Both the position numbers and the translations under genes were made by a program. This document shows, in pieces, positions 36,538 to 47,747 of a DNA stretch of 64,000 bases. The notes beneath the pieces are model-generated. The model was not told where the DNA came from. It was given only the letters and a program-made list of their open reading frames with translations, and ran no database searches. How positions within the stretch are numbered: position 1 is the first letter of the stretch; every line of letters starts with the position of its first letter. Origin of the DNA: Spirochaetota bacterium. Lineage in GTDB: Bacteria; Spirochaetota; Spirochaetia; SPDA01; JAJSAL01. The stretch is taken from NCBI GenBank assembly GCA_024274705.1, contig JAJSAL010000092.1, forward strand, positions 3,006 through 67,005, in the 5' to 3' direction.

Positions 36538-37945
36538 TATAAGGGTACCGGAAAAAATTCTGTATTTTCTCGAAACCCACCAGATTTCCCGTGGATCAAG
36601 GATCGTGGTAGCTCTCTCGGGAGGACCGGACAGTGTTGCCCTGCTGTCCGGTTTGGCGGATATTGTAGATGATATGCCTTTGAAGCTGTTCTGTGGACAT
36701 ATCGATCATGGAATTCGAAGGCCGGCGGAAACGGATAGAGAGAAACATTTTGTACGAAAGCTGTGTACCGATATGGGGGTGGAGCTTTCAATTTTTACCA
36801 GGGAGTACGGTTCCATCGAAGGGGAATCCCGCCGTCAAAAAAGAAGTATAGAAGAAGTTGCCCGGGAAGTACGTTATGGATTTCTGCAAGAACTGAAAAT
36901 TCGTCATAGAGCCGCTTATATTGCCGTTGGTCATACCCTGGACGACCAGGCGGAGACCATGATCATGCGCTTTTTTCAGGGATCTCACGCATCCGGTCTG
37001 AAAGGGATACCTCCGGTAAGGGAACAAATAATACGGCCGTTGATGGACTGCTCCAGGGAAGAAATAATCGGTTATCTGACCTCCAGGGACATCGGGTGGT
37101 GTACCGACAGTACCAACGAAGAAACCAGGTATTTGAGGAATGCAGTGCGGAATACGATAATACCTGCTGTTAAACAGTACTTTCCCGGGTACAGGACCTC
37201 TCTTAAAACCCTGGCTGATAAAATGAGGATGCTGGATGACTATATCATTCTTAAGCGGGAAGGGAATATGTCCTGGGAGTCATGTAAGGAAGACGGTATA
37301 CGCATACCATGGGATCTTTTTCAGGCTGCACCGGAAATCATAAGGCTCTATGCTCTTTACAATGGGATAAACACCTTGAACATCAGCAGAATCAAACGCA
37401 TTCCCTATAGATTCCTGGTTTCTCTCGCAGCCAAGGATCTTGAAAACACAACCGATGGACAGATTCTTCTGCGGGGATACGGCCTGGTATGTAATAAAAA
37501 GGGGGGATACCTTTTTTTGAATCAAGATGTTGTCCTAAACAGAAAAAAAAGTTATTTTATAGTAGTAAGAGAGAAAGTTTGTTATTCCCTCGGGGATGAT
37601 ATTAATATCACTTTTTTCATGCAGGAAAGTAACAGTAGTTCAGGCCAGGTCGGGATACTCCGATCCAAGGTAAAATGGCCGCTTATTGTACGTTCCAGAA
37701 GAGAAGGTGACTCTTTGGTACTCACTTCAGGACGAAAACCTTTGAAAAAGGTGTATAATGAATGGGATGTTCCAAAATTGCTGCGGAGGCAGATACCGGT
37801 TCTCGAAGATCGGTCAGGTATTATTGCTGTTCTAGGGAAGCCCTTCGGATATAAGAATCTTGTGAATGATCAGTATGCTTTGCGGGAAAAGAAATCGGAT
37901 GAGCCTGCACTGGTTGTTCGGATGCGGAATGGAGAATGTCAGTGA
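36512..37945 (+). CDS. tilS: tRNA(Ile)-lysidine synthetase
   Basis: PP-loop VALSGGPDSVAL and a C-terminal TilS substrate-binding-like region. The start could also be ATG 36530. Confidence 0.9.
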   Translation: MRSIEKMGNIRVPEKILYFLETHQISRGSRIVVALSGGPDSVALLSGLADIVDDMPLKLFCGHIDHGIRRPAETDREKHFVRKLCTDMGVELSIFTREYGSIEGESRRQKRSIEEVAREVRYGFLQELKIRHRAAYIAVGHTLDDQAETMIMRFFQGSHASGLKGIPPVREQIIRPLMDCSREEIIGYLTSRDIGWCTDSTNEETRYLRNAVRNTIIPAVKQYFPGYRTSLKTLADKMRMLDDYIILKREGNMSWESCKEDGIRIPWDLFQAAPEIIRLYALYNGINTLNISRIKRIPYRFLVSLAAKDLENTTDGQILLRGYGLVCNKKGGYLFLNQDVVLNRKKSYFIVVREKVCYSLGDDINITFFMQESNSSSGQVGILRSKVKWPLIVRSRREGDSLVLTSGRKPLKKVYNEWDVPKLLRRQIPVLEDRSGIIAVLGKPFGYKNLVNDQYALREKKSDEPALVVRMRNGECQ

Positions 37946-39816
37946 ATATTCAGGATAACAATAAAAAGGACGATAAGGACCCGAAACAGGTTAAGTTTAA
38001 CTTCAACAACAACCGGTTTGCTCTTTTTTTTCTCATTTCACTCATTGCAATGTTCATCCTCCTTTTTATGTTCAAGGATAACAAACCCACAGCAGAGATA
38101 CCCTATTCTGTTTTTACCGGTTATCTGGAAGAAGGAGAGGTTGACGCGGTAAAGATCATCGAAAATTACGAAATCCATGGGACCCTAAAAGGCCGTACAG
38201 GTGAAATGACCATATTCCGTACTAAAATTCCATACTTTGATGATGAACTCCTCCCTCTGCTCCGGGAGAAAGGGGTGAAGATAACCGGTGCAGAGAAAAC
38301 AGTTTCACCTTTTGCAGTATTTCTCGAGTTTATTCCATGGATAATTGGATTTATCTTTATTTGGTTCATGTTTCGCCAGATCCAGGGCGGTGGAAACAGG
38401 GCGTTTTCCTTTGGTAAGAGCAGGGCCAAACGATATCTCGATACCGATAAAAAAATCACCTTTGCAGATGTGGCCGGACAGATCGAAGCAAAATATGAGC
38501 TGGAAGAAGTCGTCGATTTTCTAAAAAATCCTCAGAAATTTACGAAAATAGGGGCAAAAATCCCAACGGGAGTTCTTCTGGTGGGAATGCCCGGCACCGG
38601 GAAAACCCTCCTCGCAAAAGCCATTGCAGGGGAAGCGAACGTATCCTTCTTTCATATGTCGGGTTCCGATTTTGTTGAAATGTTTGTCGGGGTCGGAGCC
38701 AGCAGAGTACGGGACCTCTTCGAACAGGGCAGAAAGAGCGCACCGTGTATCCTGTTTATCGACGAACTGGATGCTGTCGGCAGGACAAGGGGCGCCGGAT
38801 ACGGAGGAGGACATGATGAGCGGGAACAGACGCTTAACCAGATGCTCGTGGAAATGGACGGTTTCGATACCAAGGACGGTGTAATTATTCTGGCAGCTAC
38901 CAACAGGCCGGATGTTCTGGATCCGGCTCTCCTTCGTCCCGGAAGGTTCGACCGCCTGGTGGTTGTCGATATGCCGGACATTAAGGAACGGGAGGATATC
39001 CTTAAAATCCATTCCAGTAAAATACCCCTCTCGGCAAACGTGGATTTGAAGAGGATTGCCCGGGCAACCCCCGGTACTTCCGGGGCTGATATCGCCAACA
39101 TGGTAAATGAAGCTGCACTGTTCGCCGCCCGGAAAAGTAAAACAACCGTGGAGATGGAGGACTTTGAAGAAGCCAGGGACAAGATGCTTCTCGGTGTCGC
39201 CCGAAAATCGCGGGTTATTTCAGATGAGGAGAAGAAAATGACCGCCTTTCACGAGGCCGGCCATGCTCTGCTTCATTATTATCTAGAGAATGCAGATCCT
39301 CTGCACAAGGTTACGGTTGTTCCCCACGGGCGTGCGTTAGGTCTTGCCCTTTCCCTTCCGGAAAATGATACCTTTTCAAAGAGTAAAGGTTGGCTGCTGG
39401 ACCGGATCCGTATTGCCATGGGAGGTTACGTGGCTGAACGACTGGTGTATGATGAAACCTCCACGGGAACTCAGAATGATATTAAAGAGGCAACTAGCCT
39501 TGCCCGTAAAATGGTGTGTGAATGGGGGATGAGCGAGGAACTTGGGCCGGTGGCTTTTGGCCAGGAAGATGAACCCATCTTCATCGGTAAAGAGATTGCT
39601 CAGCACAAGGACTACTCCGATGATACCGCCCGGCTTATCGATAAAGAAATCGGATCTATCATGAACAGCTGTATGGAAAATACGAAAAAGATCCTGACAG
39701 AACACAGGGATCAACTGGAGCTGTTGGCGGAAACGCTGGTACAGAGGGAAACTCTCGATGATGATGAAGTAAGAGAACTGTTAGGTTTTTCACCGAGGGA
39801 AAAGGATGACAATTAA
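37936..39816 (+). CDS. ftsH: ATP-dependent zinc metalloprotease FtsH
   Basis: Two TM segments, AAA Walker [12 protein letters not shown], zinc site HEAGHAL. Confidence 0.97.
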   Translation: MSVNIQDNNKKDDKDPKQVKFNFNNNRFALFFLISLIAMFILLFMFKDNKPTAEIPYSVFTGYLEEGEVDAVKIIENYEIHGTLKGRTGEMTIFRTKIPYFDDELLPLLREKGVKITGAEKTVSPFAVFLEFIPWIIGFIFIWFMFRQIQGGGNRAFSFGKSRAKRYLDTDKKITFADVAGQIEAKYELEEVVDFLKNPQKFTKIGAKIPTGVLLVGMPGTGKTLLAKAIAGEANVSFFHMSGSDFVEMFVGVGASRVRDLFEQGRKSAPCILFIDELDAVGRTRGAGYGGGHDEREQTLNQMLVEMDGFDTKDGVIILAATNRPDVLDPALLRPGRFDRLVVVDMPDIKEREDILKIHSSKIPLSANVDLKRIARATPGTSGADIANMVNEAALFAARKSKTTVEMEDFEEARDKMLLGVARKSRVISDEEKKMTAFHEAGHALLHYYLENADPLHKVTVVPHGRALGLALSLPENDTFSKSKGWLLDRIRIAMGGYVAERLVYDETSTGTQNDIKEATSLARKMVCEWGMSEELGPVAFGQEDEPIFIGKEIAQHKDYSDDTARLIDKEIGSIMNSCMENTKKILTEHRDQLELLAETLVQRETLDDDEVRELLGFSPREKDDN

Positions 39817-39833
39817 TTACTATAGGCGGATGT

Positions 39834-41723
39834 ATGAGAATTGTATGGATCGTGCCAATACTCATCGTCTTTTTATTTCCCGTTAAGCTGCCGGCACAAG
39901 AAAACGAACAAATTGCGCGGCTCTATCTGGATAAAGCAGACCAATTACTCCGAAGCGGAGATATTGCAGGAGCAGTAGAACTGGCTGAGGCCTCCCTTCA
40001 GTTCGTTCCTGAAAACTCGGACGCTTTGTTCCTACTTGCCTCGGAAAAATATAATGATCGAAGCAGTTCATATACGGTAATCGAGCTGTGTCAGCAGGCA
40101 CTTCGTTTTGCCGCCTGGCGCGTATATTCGGAAAGTGACTGTGTGCTCCTCCTTTCGAACGTTTATGACCGGGCTAAACAGTATACCCGGGTAATAGAGT
40201 TGCTTGAACCGGAGATCGGTAAGGTAGGTGTTTCATCCCGGGCACTCTTTTTGTACGCTAAAGCTCTTATTGAATCCGGGAAGAGGGACCGGGGGCAGAT
40301 GGTCCTCCAAAGGGGGATTGCACTATATCCGGACATTCCCCTGCTGCGCCGGCTCCTTGTCCGGATCGACGAGGCGTACAGAGAAAAACTGACCGGTGCG
40401 TTCCTGAATGGGAATTATTTCTACGATCACTACGAGACAGTGCTTGTTGATCTTATCCAGCTGTCCGTCTCGGCAGAAGAAAAGCAGGAGCTCATAAAGA
40501 TATACCGGGACAATGGAGGATCCTCTCCGGTTGTGGTGTTGGAAGAGCTGGATTCGATGGAAGGGGATAACCGGGACCCGGACCGTGTGAATGAACTCCT
40601 GGAGCTGTTTGCCGGTTCCGGCGGTTTCGAAAACGCTCTTCTCACCTTCCGGTTTACGGAATTAGCCAGGGAACTGGACCTCTTTGAAAAAGCATCTGCC
40701 CTTGCAGGAGAGTTTACCGGCAATACAATACTCGACTCAAACAGTGACGGCTATTTTGAAATACTCTATAAGTATGAACAGGGACTTCTCCAGCGCATGG
40801 TGGTCGACTTCAATCAGGACGGTATTACTGAGTACGATATCACCTTCCGGGAAGGGAAGCCGGACAAGGTAGAGGGAACGAAGGGCGGCTCTTATATATC
40901 GATGATGTTTTCCCGGTATCCTTTTGCGGAGAAGCTTATTGCCGAACAACCGGGAACAAGAACAACCTACAGATTTATCCCGGGGTACTTTTCGTTTCCG
41001 GTTCTACTGTTTCCCGAAATGTATGAACTGTCCGGCGTACTGTTTAAACCGGAACTCAACGAGATGCTGCCGGTTGTACGGAAAGACGATCTTAAAGATA
41101 GTGTCCTTGATATCAGGGAAGAAACCCTACATCATGGCGGCCCCTTTTATATATGGGAACCCCTTCAGGAAGAGTCGTCCTGGCTTCTCGGTGAGTTCGA
41201 CGACCTGGGGAGAGTTATCAGGAAGATTGTTTACAGACAAGGAATTCCTGTAGAGGGGTTATGGGATACTGACAGGGATTCAGTGTTCGAAGTAACTGTT
41301 CGATACATCGACGGTGAGCAGGGCACTCTCTATTACGACGGTAATCAAAACACCGTTCACGAGTTTTCCCTCGATCTTGGTGAAGAAGATATGCAGTTTT
41401 GGGATTTCAACGAAGACGGCATCATCGACTGCAGGGAGACGATCATGGAGAATGCCAAAGTCCTGAGGGAATACTCTTCAAGAATGAACGGAATTTTTGA
41501 TATTACAATTTTCTATAAAGACAGAAAAATCCTGTATCTGTCCAGAAGCGGAAAAAGAAAAAATGTTTATCCGGCTCAGGGAGAAGATTATTACTGGATT
41601 GGGGAACCTATCGATATCGATGTTCCAGGGGATCTGCCTTTAAAAGGGTCTTTTACGGCGGACGGACTGGAATTTTCCGTATTCACTCAGTTTGAGTATA
41701 CTTACATTGAGGCTGTAGAATGA
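39834..41723 (+). CDS. Secreted protein with N-terminal TPR-like helices and C-terminal DxNxDG calcium-loop repeats
   Basis: Signal peptide MRIVWIVPILIVFLFPVKLPAQE. Helical repeat region. Motifs DSNSDGYFE, DFNQDGITE and DFNEDGIID resemble FG-GAP/EF-hand-type Ca loops. No family name recognised. Confidence 0.7.
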   Translation: MRIVWIVPILIVFLFPVKLPAQENEQIARLYLDKADQLLRSGDIAGAVELAEASLQFVPENSDALFLLASEKYNDRSSSYTVIELCQQALRFAAWRVYSESDCVLLLSNVYDRAKQYTRVIELLEPEIGKVGVSSRALFLYAKALIESGKRDRGQMVLQRGIALYPDIPLLRRLLVRIDEAYREKLTGAFLNGNYFYDHYETVLVDLIQLSVSAEEKQELIKIYRDNGGSSPVVVLEELDSMEGDNRDPDRVNELLELFAGSGGFENALLTFRFTELARELDLFEKASALAGEFTGNTILDSNSDGYFEILYKYEQGLLQRMVVDFNQDGITEYDITFREGKPDKVEGTKGGSYISMMFSRYPFAEKLIAEQPGTRTTYRFIPGYFSFPVLLFPEMYELSGVLFKPELNEMLPVVRKDDLKDSVLDIREETLHHGGPFYIWEPLQEESSWLLGEFDDLGRVIRKIVYRQGIPVEGLWDTDRDSVFEVTVRYIDGEQGTLYYDGNQNTVHEFSLDLGEEDMQFWDFNEDGIIDCRETIMENAKVLREYSSRMNGIFDITIFYKDRKILYLSRSGKRKNVYPAQGEDYYWIGEPIDIDVPGDLPLKGSFTADGLEFSVFTQFEYTYIEAVE

Positions 41724-43501
41724 AAAGAAAATATATCGTCCTGTTTCTCCCGTTCGTACTGTTGTACTGTACAACCAACCGCGGATTAGACCGGGATATA
41801 CCGAGCCTGGGAGAATCAACGGTTCAGGAAATTGAGGAAAAGCTGACCTCACCGGACACCCTCTTCGAAGCTATCCAGGATATATCATTTCTGGAAAGGG
41901 AGTCGAAAGATGTTCCGGCAGAGACCATCGAGGGGTTGTATAAGACGGCATTTTCTTCGGTTGAGAAAGAGTTCAATACGGCCATCGAAGAGGAGGATTA
42001 CAGGGTTGCCCTTACCATGTACCGGTCTGCCGCGACCCTGGGAATAGAAGCTGTCACGGATGAGTGGAATAGTGATTCTCTTACCCTTAAACTCGCATAC
42101 GCGTACAAAGAGAAAGGAAAGGTTCTGCCTGCCCTGAATATGTTCCGAAAGATTATCGGTTCGGATGAGGTTACAATCGAGGATTTGATCCTTTTCGGAC
42201 AGATTGCTGTTGAAGAACAACACCGGTCGATGCTTGAGGAAATCGTAAAGGAACTGACTCGGCGAAGGGGAGACATACCCGAGGAACAACTGCAGTTCCT
42301 GCAAAAACCGGTTAACCCTGCAGGTATGCTCAAAGGGACGGTAACCGTCTGGGTGAATAGAGGACTCAGGATTGAAAAAGGGTTAGGGTATCCGGACCGG
42401 GTAATTGGAAGCGGTTTTTTTATCGACAAACGAGGATACATTCTAACAAATTATCATGTCATTGCAAGTGAAGTCGATCCGGAATATGAGGGATATTCCC
42501 GTCTTTATATAAAAATGTCGGAGTCTGTTAATGACCGGCATCCAGCCAAGGTCGTGGGGTATGACAGGATTTTCGATATTGCGTTACTGAAAGTGGAGAT
42601 GACGCCTTCCTACGTCTTCGATCTTGACACCAATGAAAAACTCGAACCCGGCGCGAAGATCTTCGCAATCGGTTCCCCTGCAGGATTGGAAAACACCATC
42701 ACCTCGGGCATCATATCCGCGGTAGAGAGACGTTTCCTGCAGATGGGAGACACGATGCAGGTGGATGTGCCTATTAACCCTGGAAACAGCGGTGGACCCC
42801 TTCTGAATGAGAATGGGAGACTCATCGGTGTTGTATTCGCCGGGATAGAACAGTTTGAGGGCATCAATTTCGCTATTCCTTCACATTGGGTTGAGATGAT
42901 ACTCCCGGATCTCTATGATGAAGGAGATGTTGTGCATTCATGGCTCGGTGCCGCCATGCACGATACAGACGGGAATCTGGAAATTATGTACACTCTTCCG
43001 GGAGAGCCGGCTGCCAGGGGCGGTATGGTTACAGGGGACATTATCCGCAGCATTGACAGCCGGGAGTTCACCAACATCCGTAATGTTCAGCAGTATTTCA
43101 TCTTTTTGGGAAGAGATGCGGTTATCGAGATCATCTGGGGCCGGGATGGAAAGGAGTATTCCGGCTATTTCACTCTTGCTGACCGGCCGTATAATCCCAT
43201 GGAAGTCGCTATCAAAAGGGACAGGAGGGACAATCTTTTCCTTCCCCTGTTTGGTATGGAGATTGAAGAGACAAAGGCCATATTCCTTGATAAGAGTTAT
43301 ACGGTTAAAAGGGTGTACAAGGGAACTGTAGCTGACGAAACAGGTATTTCCGTGAATGATCCCCTGAAAGTGAAGAATTGGCAGGTAGATGCTGAAAACA
43401 GTGTTGCGGCGCTTCAGATCTACATTAAGAAGAGAAAAGCCGGTTTTATGGAATCTATCATACAGATGGCTGCTTATATGGAGATTGATTCCTTTATTTG
43501 A
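41720..43501 (+). CDS. Trypsin-like serine protease (S1C/HtrA-like) lipoprotein with extra N-terminal domain and C-terminal PDZ-like region
   Basis: Lipobox-like LLYC. Triad contexts TNYHVI, DIALLKV, GNSGGPLLNENGRLIGV. ATGA overlap with the upstream gene. Confidence 0.85.
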   Translation: MKRKYIVLFLPFVLLYCTTNRGLDRDIPSLGESTVQEIEEKLTSPDTLFEAIQDISFLERESKDVPAETIEGLYKTAFSSVEKEFNTAIEEEDYRVALTMYRSAATLGIEAVTDEWNSDSLTLKLAYAYKEKGKVLPALNMFRKIIGSDEVTIEDLILFGQIAVEEQHRSMLEEIVKELTRRRGDIPEEQLQFLQKPVNPAGMLKGTVTVWVNRGLRIEKGLGYPDRVIGSGFFIDKRGYILTNYHVIASEVDPEYEGYSRLYIKMSESVNDRHPAKVVGYDRIFDIALLKVEMTPSYVFDLDTNEKLEPGAKIFAIGSPAGLENTITSGIISAVERRFLQMGDTMQVDVPINPGNSGGPLLNENGRLIGVVFAGIEQFEGINFAIPSHWVEMILPDLYDEGDVVHSWLGAAMHDTDGNLEIMYTLPGEPAARGGMVTGDIIRSIDSREFTNIRNVQQYFIFLGRDAVIEIIWGRDGKEYSGYFTLADRPYNPMEVAIKRDRRDNLFLPLFGMEIEETKAIFLDKSYTVKRVYKGTVADETGISVNDPLKVKNWQVDAENSVAALQIYIKKRKAGFMESIIQMAAYMEIDSFI

Positions 43502-43550
43502 AAATCATTTGAATTTGCTGTGTCCTTCCACGTATACTTACTAGTGTTTT

Positions 43551-45446
43551 ATGAAGAAAACACGGATTCTCATTGTCGAAGATGAAAGCATTGTTGCCCT
43601 GGATATAAAAAGGCATCTTCTTAAGGAGGGTTATGATGTCGCCGGGATTTTTACTACCGGTGAAGATGCCCTTCGACATTTTCAATCAACCGGTGCAGAC
43701 CTGGTTCTCATGGATATCATGCTCCAGGGAGGGATGGACGGCATTCAGACTGCAGAACGGCTGAAAGCGGAATACAATGTCCCTGTTATCTTCCTTACAG
43801 CTTTTGCAGACGATGCCACTATAGAACGGGTGAAATTTATAGAACCCTTCGGTTATATCATTAAACCATTCACCGAACGGGAACTCCGGACTGCCATCGA
43901 AATGGGCCTTTATAAACATCAGATCAGTCTGGAGCTGATCCGGAGCGAAGAGAAATACAGGAGTTTTTTCGAGGATGACCTGTCCGGGACCTTTGTCACC
44001 GACGGTGATGGAAGGATAACGGACTGTAACACTGCATTCATGAATATATTCGGCCTTTCTTCCAGGGAGGAGGCAAAACAGATTAATTTCAACAATCTAT
44101 TGAAAGATGAAGGGGTCAGAAAGCGGTTCTGGACGCAGGTAAAAGAAAAAGAAAAATTAAACCTTACAGAACTGTGGTGTGTGAATGTCAAGGGCGATAC
44201 GAGGCAGATACTCGCAAATATCGTTGGAAGCATTAATGGAGATGAGATTCAGGAACTGAAAGGGTATCTTATCGACGTTACGGACCGAAAAAAACTTGAA
44301 GATCAGCTCCGGCAGTCACAGAAGCTGGAAGCAATAGGCCGCTTAGCCGGCGGGATCGCCCACGATTTCAATAATATACTCACAGTCATCATGGGCTACA
44401 CTGCCATGATACAAGAAAAGCTGAAAGAAGGAAGCGATGTAGAACCTGACATTACAGGTATACAGAATGCGTCCCGGAGGGCTTCGAATCTCACCCGTCA
44501 GCTTCTGGCATTCAGCAGGAGACAGGAATTAAAACCGGAAATGGTCGATCTCAATCACCTGATCCAGGAAATGGAGAAAATGATCCGGAGACTGATTACA
44601 GATGATATCGGTATGCAGCTGCTTCTCGATGCGGATGATCCTTACATATTTGTCGATCCCGGCCAGATAGAACAGGTTCTTATCAATCTATCGGTTAATG
44701 CCCGGGACGCAATGCACCGGGGAGGGAATCTGGTAATTCAAACCAGGAATATACAGAGCCCGGAAGGTGAAAACGGCGTCGACGGCAAAATTCCCATGGG
44801 AGACTATGTTGTCCTTTCTGTGATCGATACAGGCATTGGAATAGACGAACAGATTCGGCCGATGATTTTTGAACCGTTCTTTACGACAAAACCGGAAGGG
44901 GAAGGAACAGGGCTCGGCCTGGCAACAGTGTACGGTATCGTAGAGCAGAGTGGAGGTTTTATCCAGGTATCGAGCAAGCATAATGAAGGCACCGCTTTTC
45001 ATCTATTGTTCCCGCAACAGCAAAAGACGGTAAAGCAGGTTGTTAAGGAGATACTGGCAGAAGGTTCTTTTGCAGGAAATGAAACGATCCTCCTCGTTGA
45101 AGATGATGAAAATGTAAGGAATATGATTTCGAAAATATTGCTGCGTTATGGATATAATGTGCTGGAAGCTTCGAACGCAGGAGAAGCTTTGCTCATCTGG
45201 GAAAAGGAGACCATACCTATCGATCTGCTTATTACAGACATCATCATGCCCCATTTAAGCGGAGACAAGCTTGCTGAAAGGATGTTAAAAAAAGAGCCGG
45301 ATCTTAAGGTCCTCCAGATGTCCGGATACCCTGTCAGTACCATCAAGGATCGGGGGTTCTCAGTTAAAGAAGATGTGTTTGTACAAAAACCTTTCAGCCC
45401 GTTCAAATTTATTGCCAAGATCCGTGATGTGCTGGATCATTCCTGA
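43551..45446 (+). CDS. Hybrid sensor histidine kinase: REC-PAS-HisKA-HATPase-REC
   Basis: N-terminal receiver (ILIVEDE...DLVLMDI), PAS-like middle, H-box IAHDFNNILTVI, G-boxes DTGIGI/GTGLGL, C-terminal receiver (ILLVEDDE...DLLITDIIMP). Confidence 0.9.
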   Translation: MKKTRILIVEDESIVALDIKRHLLKEGYDVAGIFTTGEDALRHFQSTGADLVLMDIMLQGGMDGIQTAERLKAEYNVPVIFLTAFADDATIERVKFIEPFGYIIKPFTERELRTAIEMGLYKHQISLELIRSEEKYRSFFEDDLSGTFVTDGDGRITDCNTAFMNIFGLSSREEAKQINFNNLLKDEGVRKRFWTQVKEKEKLNLTELWCVNVKGDTRQILANIVGSINGDEIQELKGYLIDVTDRKKLEDQLRQSQKLEAIGRLAGGIAHDFNNILTVIMGYTAMIQEKLKEGSDVEPDITGIQNASRRASNLTRQLLAFSRRQELKPEMVDLNHLIQEMEKMIRRLITDDIGMQLLLDADDPYIFVDPGQIEQVLINLSVNARDAMHRGGNLVIQTRNIQSPEGENGVDGKIPMGDYVVLSVIDTGIGIDEQIRPMIFEPFFTTKPEGEGTGLGLATVYGIVEQSGGFIQVSSKHNEGTAFHLLFPQQQKTVKQVVKEILAEGSFAGNETILLVEDDENVRNMISKILLRYGYNVLEASNAGEALLIWEKETIPIDLLITDIIMPHLSGDKLAERMLKKEPDLKVLQMSGYPVSTIKDRGFSVKEDVFVQKPFSPFKFIAKIRDVLDHS

Positions 45447-45498
45447 TAATGTCCCTCTTCCTTGATGTAAGGGCAAACATTATATATAGTATGCTGCA

Positions 45499-47307
45499 AT
45501 GAATAAAACATCCGCGGTTGTCAGGAATTTCTGCATCATAGCGCATATCGATCACGGGAAGTCTACCCTTGCAGACAGGTTTATCGAACGGGCCCATATC
45601 CTTGCCGAGAGGGATCTTCATAATCAGATCCTCGACACCATGGATATCGAGAGGGAACGGGGCATCACGATAAAATCTCAGGCGGTTACCCTGCCGTACA
45701 CGGCAGCAGACGGCAGGGAGTACGAACTCAATCTGGTAGACACCCCAGGACACGTGGATTTTTCTTATGAAGTATCGAGGGCCATTTCTTCATGTGAAGG
45801 GGCACTCCTCCTCATCGATGCCAGCCAGGGCGTTGAAGCCCAGACGCTGGCCAATCTCTACATGGCTCTTGAACAGGACCTGGAAATACTACCGGTGATC
45901 AATAAGATTGACCTTACAAGTGCGGATATCGAGGGTGTAAAACATCAGGTAGAGCACGATCTGGGATTGAATCCTGACGACTGCGTCCTTGTTTCCGCCA
46001 AGACCGGCGAGGGGGTAGCTGAACTCCTGGAAGCAATCGTTCGTACCGTCCCTGCTCCCCGGGGCATCATCGATAATCCGCTGCAGGCAATGATATTCGA
46101 CTCCCACTACGATCCTTACCGGGGAGTCATTATTCATATTCGGATGGTAGACGGTACACTCAGGCCCGGAGAGGATATCAGGATATGGTCTAGAAATGTT
46201 GTTTATAAAGTTGAGGAAACAGGACAATTCCGCATTGGACTTCAGCCATGTGATACCCTGGAAGCAGGAGATGTGGGGTATATTATCTCCGGTATAAAGA
46301 ATATTTCCGATGTTACTGTCGGAGATACTGTGACAAATCCTCAGAAACCCTGCGCTGAACCGCTGCCGGGTTTCAGGGAAGTGAAACCGGTTGTGTTTTC
46401 ATCCATCTATCCGATAGATGCAAACGATTATACCGAACTCCATACTGCAATCGATAAGCTCAAGCTAAACGATGCATCACTCATTTATGAAAAAGATTCG
46501 TCCGTTGCCCTGGGGTTCGGATTCCGCTGCGGGTTTCTCGGCCTCCTTCATCTCGAGGTAATTCAGGAGAGGATCGAAAGGGAATTCGGCCTTTCAATCG
46601 TTCTCACCGCACCTTCCGTGCGGTACAGGGTTACTCTCACCAGGGGTGAAACATACTTCATCGATAATCCGGTGGATCTCCCGGACCCCAGCATGATTGC
46701 TCAAACAGAAGAACCTTTCATCCGTGCAGCGATTATTACTCCGGCGGAATACCTGGGGAACATTATTACCCTGTGCCTGGAAAAACGGGGAACGCAGCAG
46801 AATCTTACCTATCTGGATGAAAAGAGGATAGAGCTTGTATTTCATATGCCCCTTGCGGAAGTGCTCTTTGACTTTTATGACAGATTGAAATCAACGAGCC
46901 GCGGGTATGCTTCGTTTGATTACGATATCATCGATTACCAGGTTACCGATCTTGTCCGGCTGGATATCCTGATCAACGGAAAAATTGTAGATGCCCTGTC
47001 ACAACTGGTTTTCCGGGAGAGTGCGACTGGAAGAGCGAGAAAGATCTGTAAAAAACTGAGAGAAGAAATCCCGAAACACCAGTTCAAGATTCCTATCCAG
47101 GGAGCTATCGGAAATCAGATTATTTCCCGGGAGACGATATCCGCCCTGCGTAAAGATGTAACTGCAAAATGTTACGGTGGAGACATCACCAGAAAACGGA
47201 AACTCCTGGAAAAACAGAAGGAAGGAAAAAAACGAATGAAGATGGTAGGCAATGTTGAACTGCCCCAGTCTGCGTTTCTTTCTGCCCTGAAAACCGGCGA
47301 TGATTAA
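45499..47307 (+). CDS. lepA: Translation elongation factor 4 (LepA)
   Basis: NFCIIAHIDHGKSTLADR, DTPGHVDF, NKID and the LepA-specific C-terminal domain. Confidence 0.97.
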   Translation: MNKTSAVVRNFCIIAHIDHGKSTLADRFIERAHILAERDLHNQILDTMDIERERGITIKSQAVTLPYTAADGREYELNLVDTPGHVDFSYEVSRAISSCEGALLLIDASQGVEAQTLANLYMALEQDLEILPVINKIDLTSADIEGVKHQVEHDLGLNPDDCVLVSAKTGEGVAELLEAIVRTVPAPRGIIDNPLQAMIFDSHYDPYRGVIIHIRMVDGTLRPGEDIRIWSRNVVYKVEETGQFRIGLQPCDTLEAGDVGYIISGIKNISDVTVGDTVTNPQKPCAEPLPGFREVKPVVFSSIYPIDANDYTELHTAIDKLKLNDASLIYEKDSSVALGFGFRCGFLGLLHLEVIQERIEREFGLSIVLTAPSVRYRVTLTRGETYFIDNPVDLPDPSMIAQTEEPFIRAAIITPAEYLGNIITLCLEKRGTQQNLTYLDEKRIELVFHMPLAEVLFDFYDRLKSTSRGYASFDYDIIDYQVTDLVRLDILINGKIVDALSQLVFRESATGRARKICKKLREEIPKHQFKIPIQGAIGNQIISRETISALRKDVTAKCYGGDITRKRKLLEKQKEGKKRMKMVGNVELPQSAFLSALKTGDD

Positions 47308-47639
47308 GTAATTATCATTGAAGAGAGAACCTGCCTGATAATGTTCCGGTAATACGTTGCAGATACCAGGGATCGCTTCAGGAACCCCGTATCCGTCCTG
47401 GGCAGGGGAGGGTGTTCCGGGAAATGGATATATACATAGTCCCTTTCCTCGAGACCCTTCAGAACCTTTTCGAAGCATTGGGGTGATGTCGATCCGGTAA
47501 GATAATCGCTTCCATGAGAAATGATTTCCGTTAATCCACTTAATTCTTCCTCAAGCAGTGCCCTGGCTGAACCGGTTGTTCCGGTTACAGGTCCTGTTTT
47601 TACTATTTCCGGGCGATAGGAGGTGATAATACGCTCCAC
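47304..47639 (-). CDS. Hypothetical protein, or the C-terminal continuation of the upstream Maf-like gene
   Basis: 111-codon ORF from GTG 47639. It is in the same frame as the Maf-like gene, and the 36 codons between the Maf TAA (47750-47748) and this GTG are stop-free. No strong SD. Confidence 0.4.
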   Translation of the reverse strand: MERIITSYRPEIVKTGPVTGTTGSARALLEEELSGLTEIISHGSDYLTGSTSPQCFEKVLKGLEERDYVYIHFPEHPPLPRTDTGFLKRSLVSATYYRNIIRQVLSSMIIT

Positions 47640-47747
47640 GTCCTGTTCAGAGGTGATTGTTCTGCAGCCGGTAGCGATTCCTGAGGGACCTATATCATAT
47701 GCCCTGGTAGTAATATCCTCAAGGGAAGCGATCTGTTTTGCATATGA

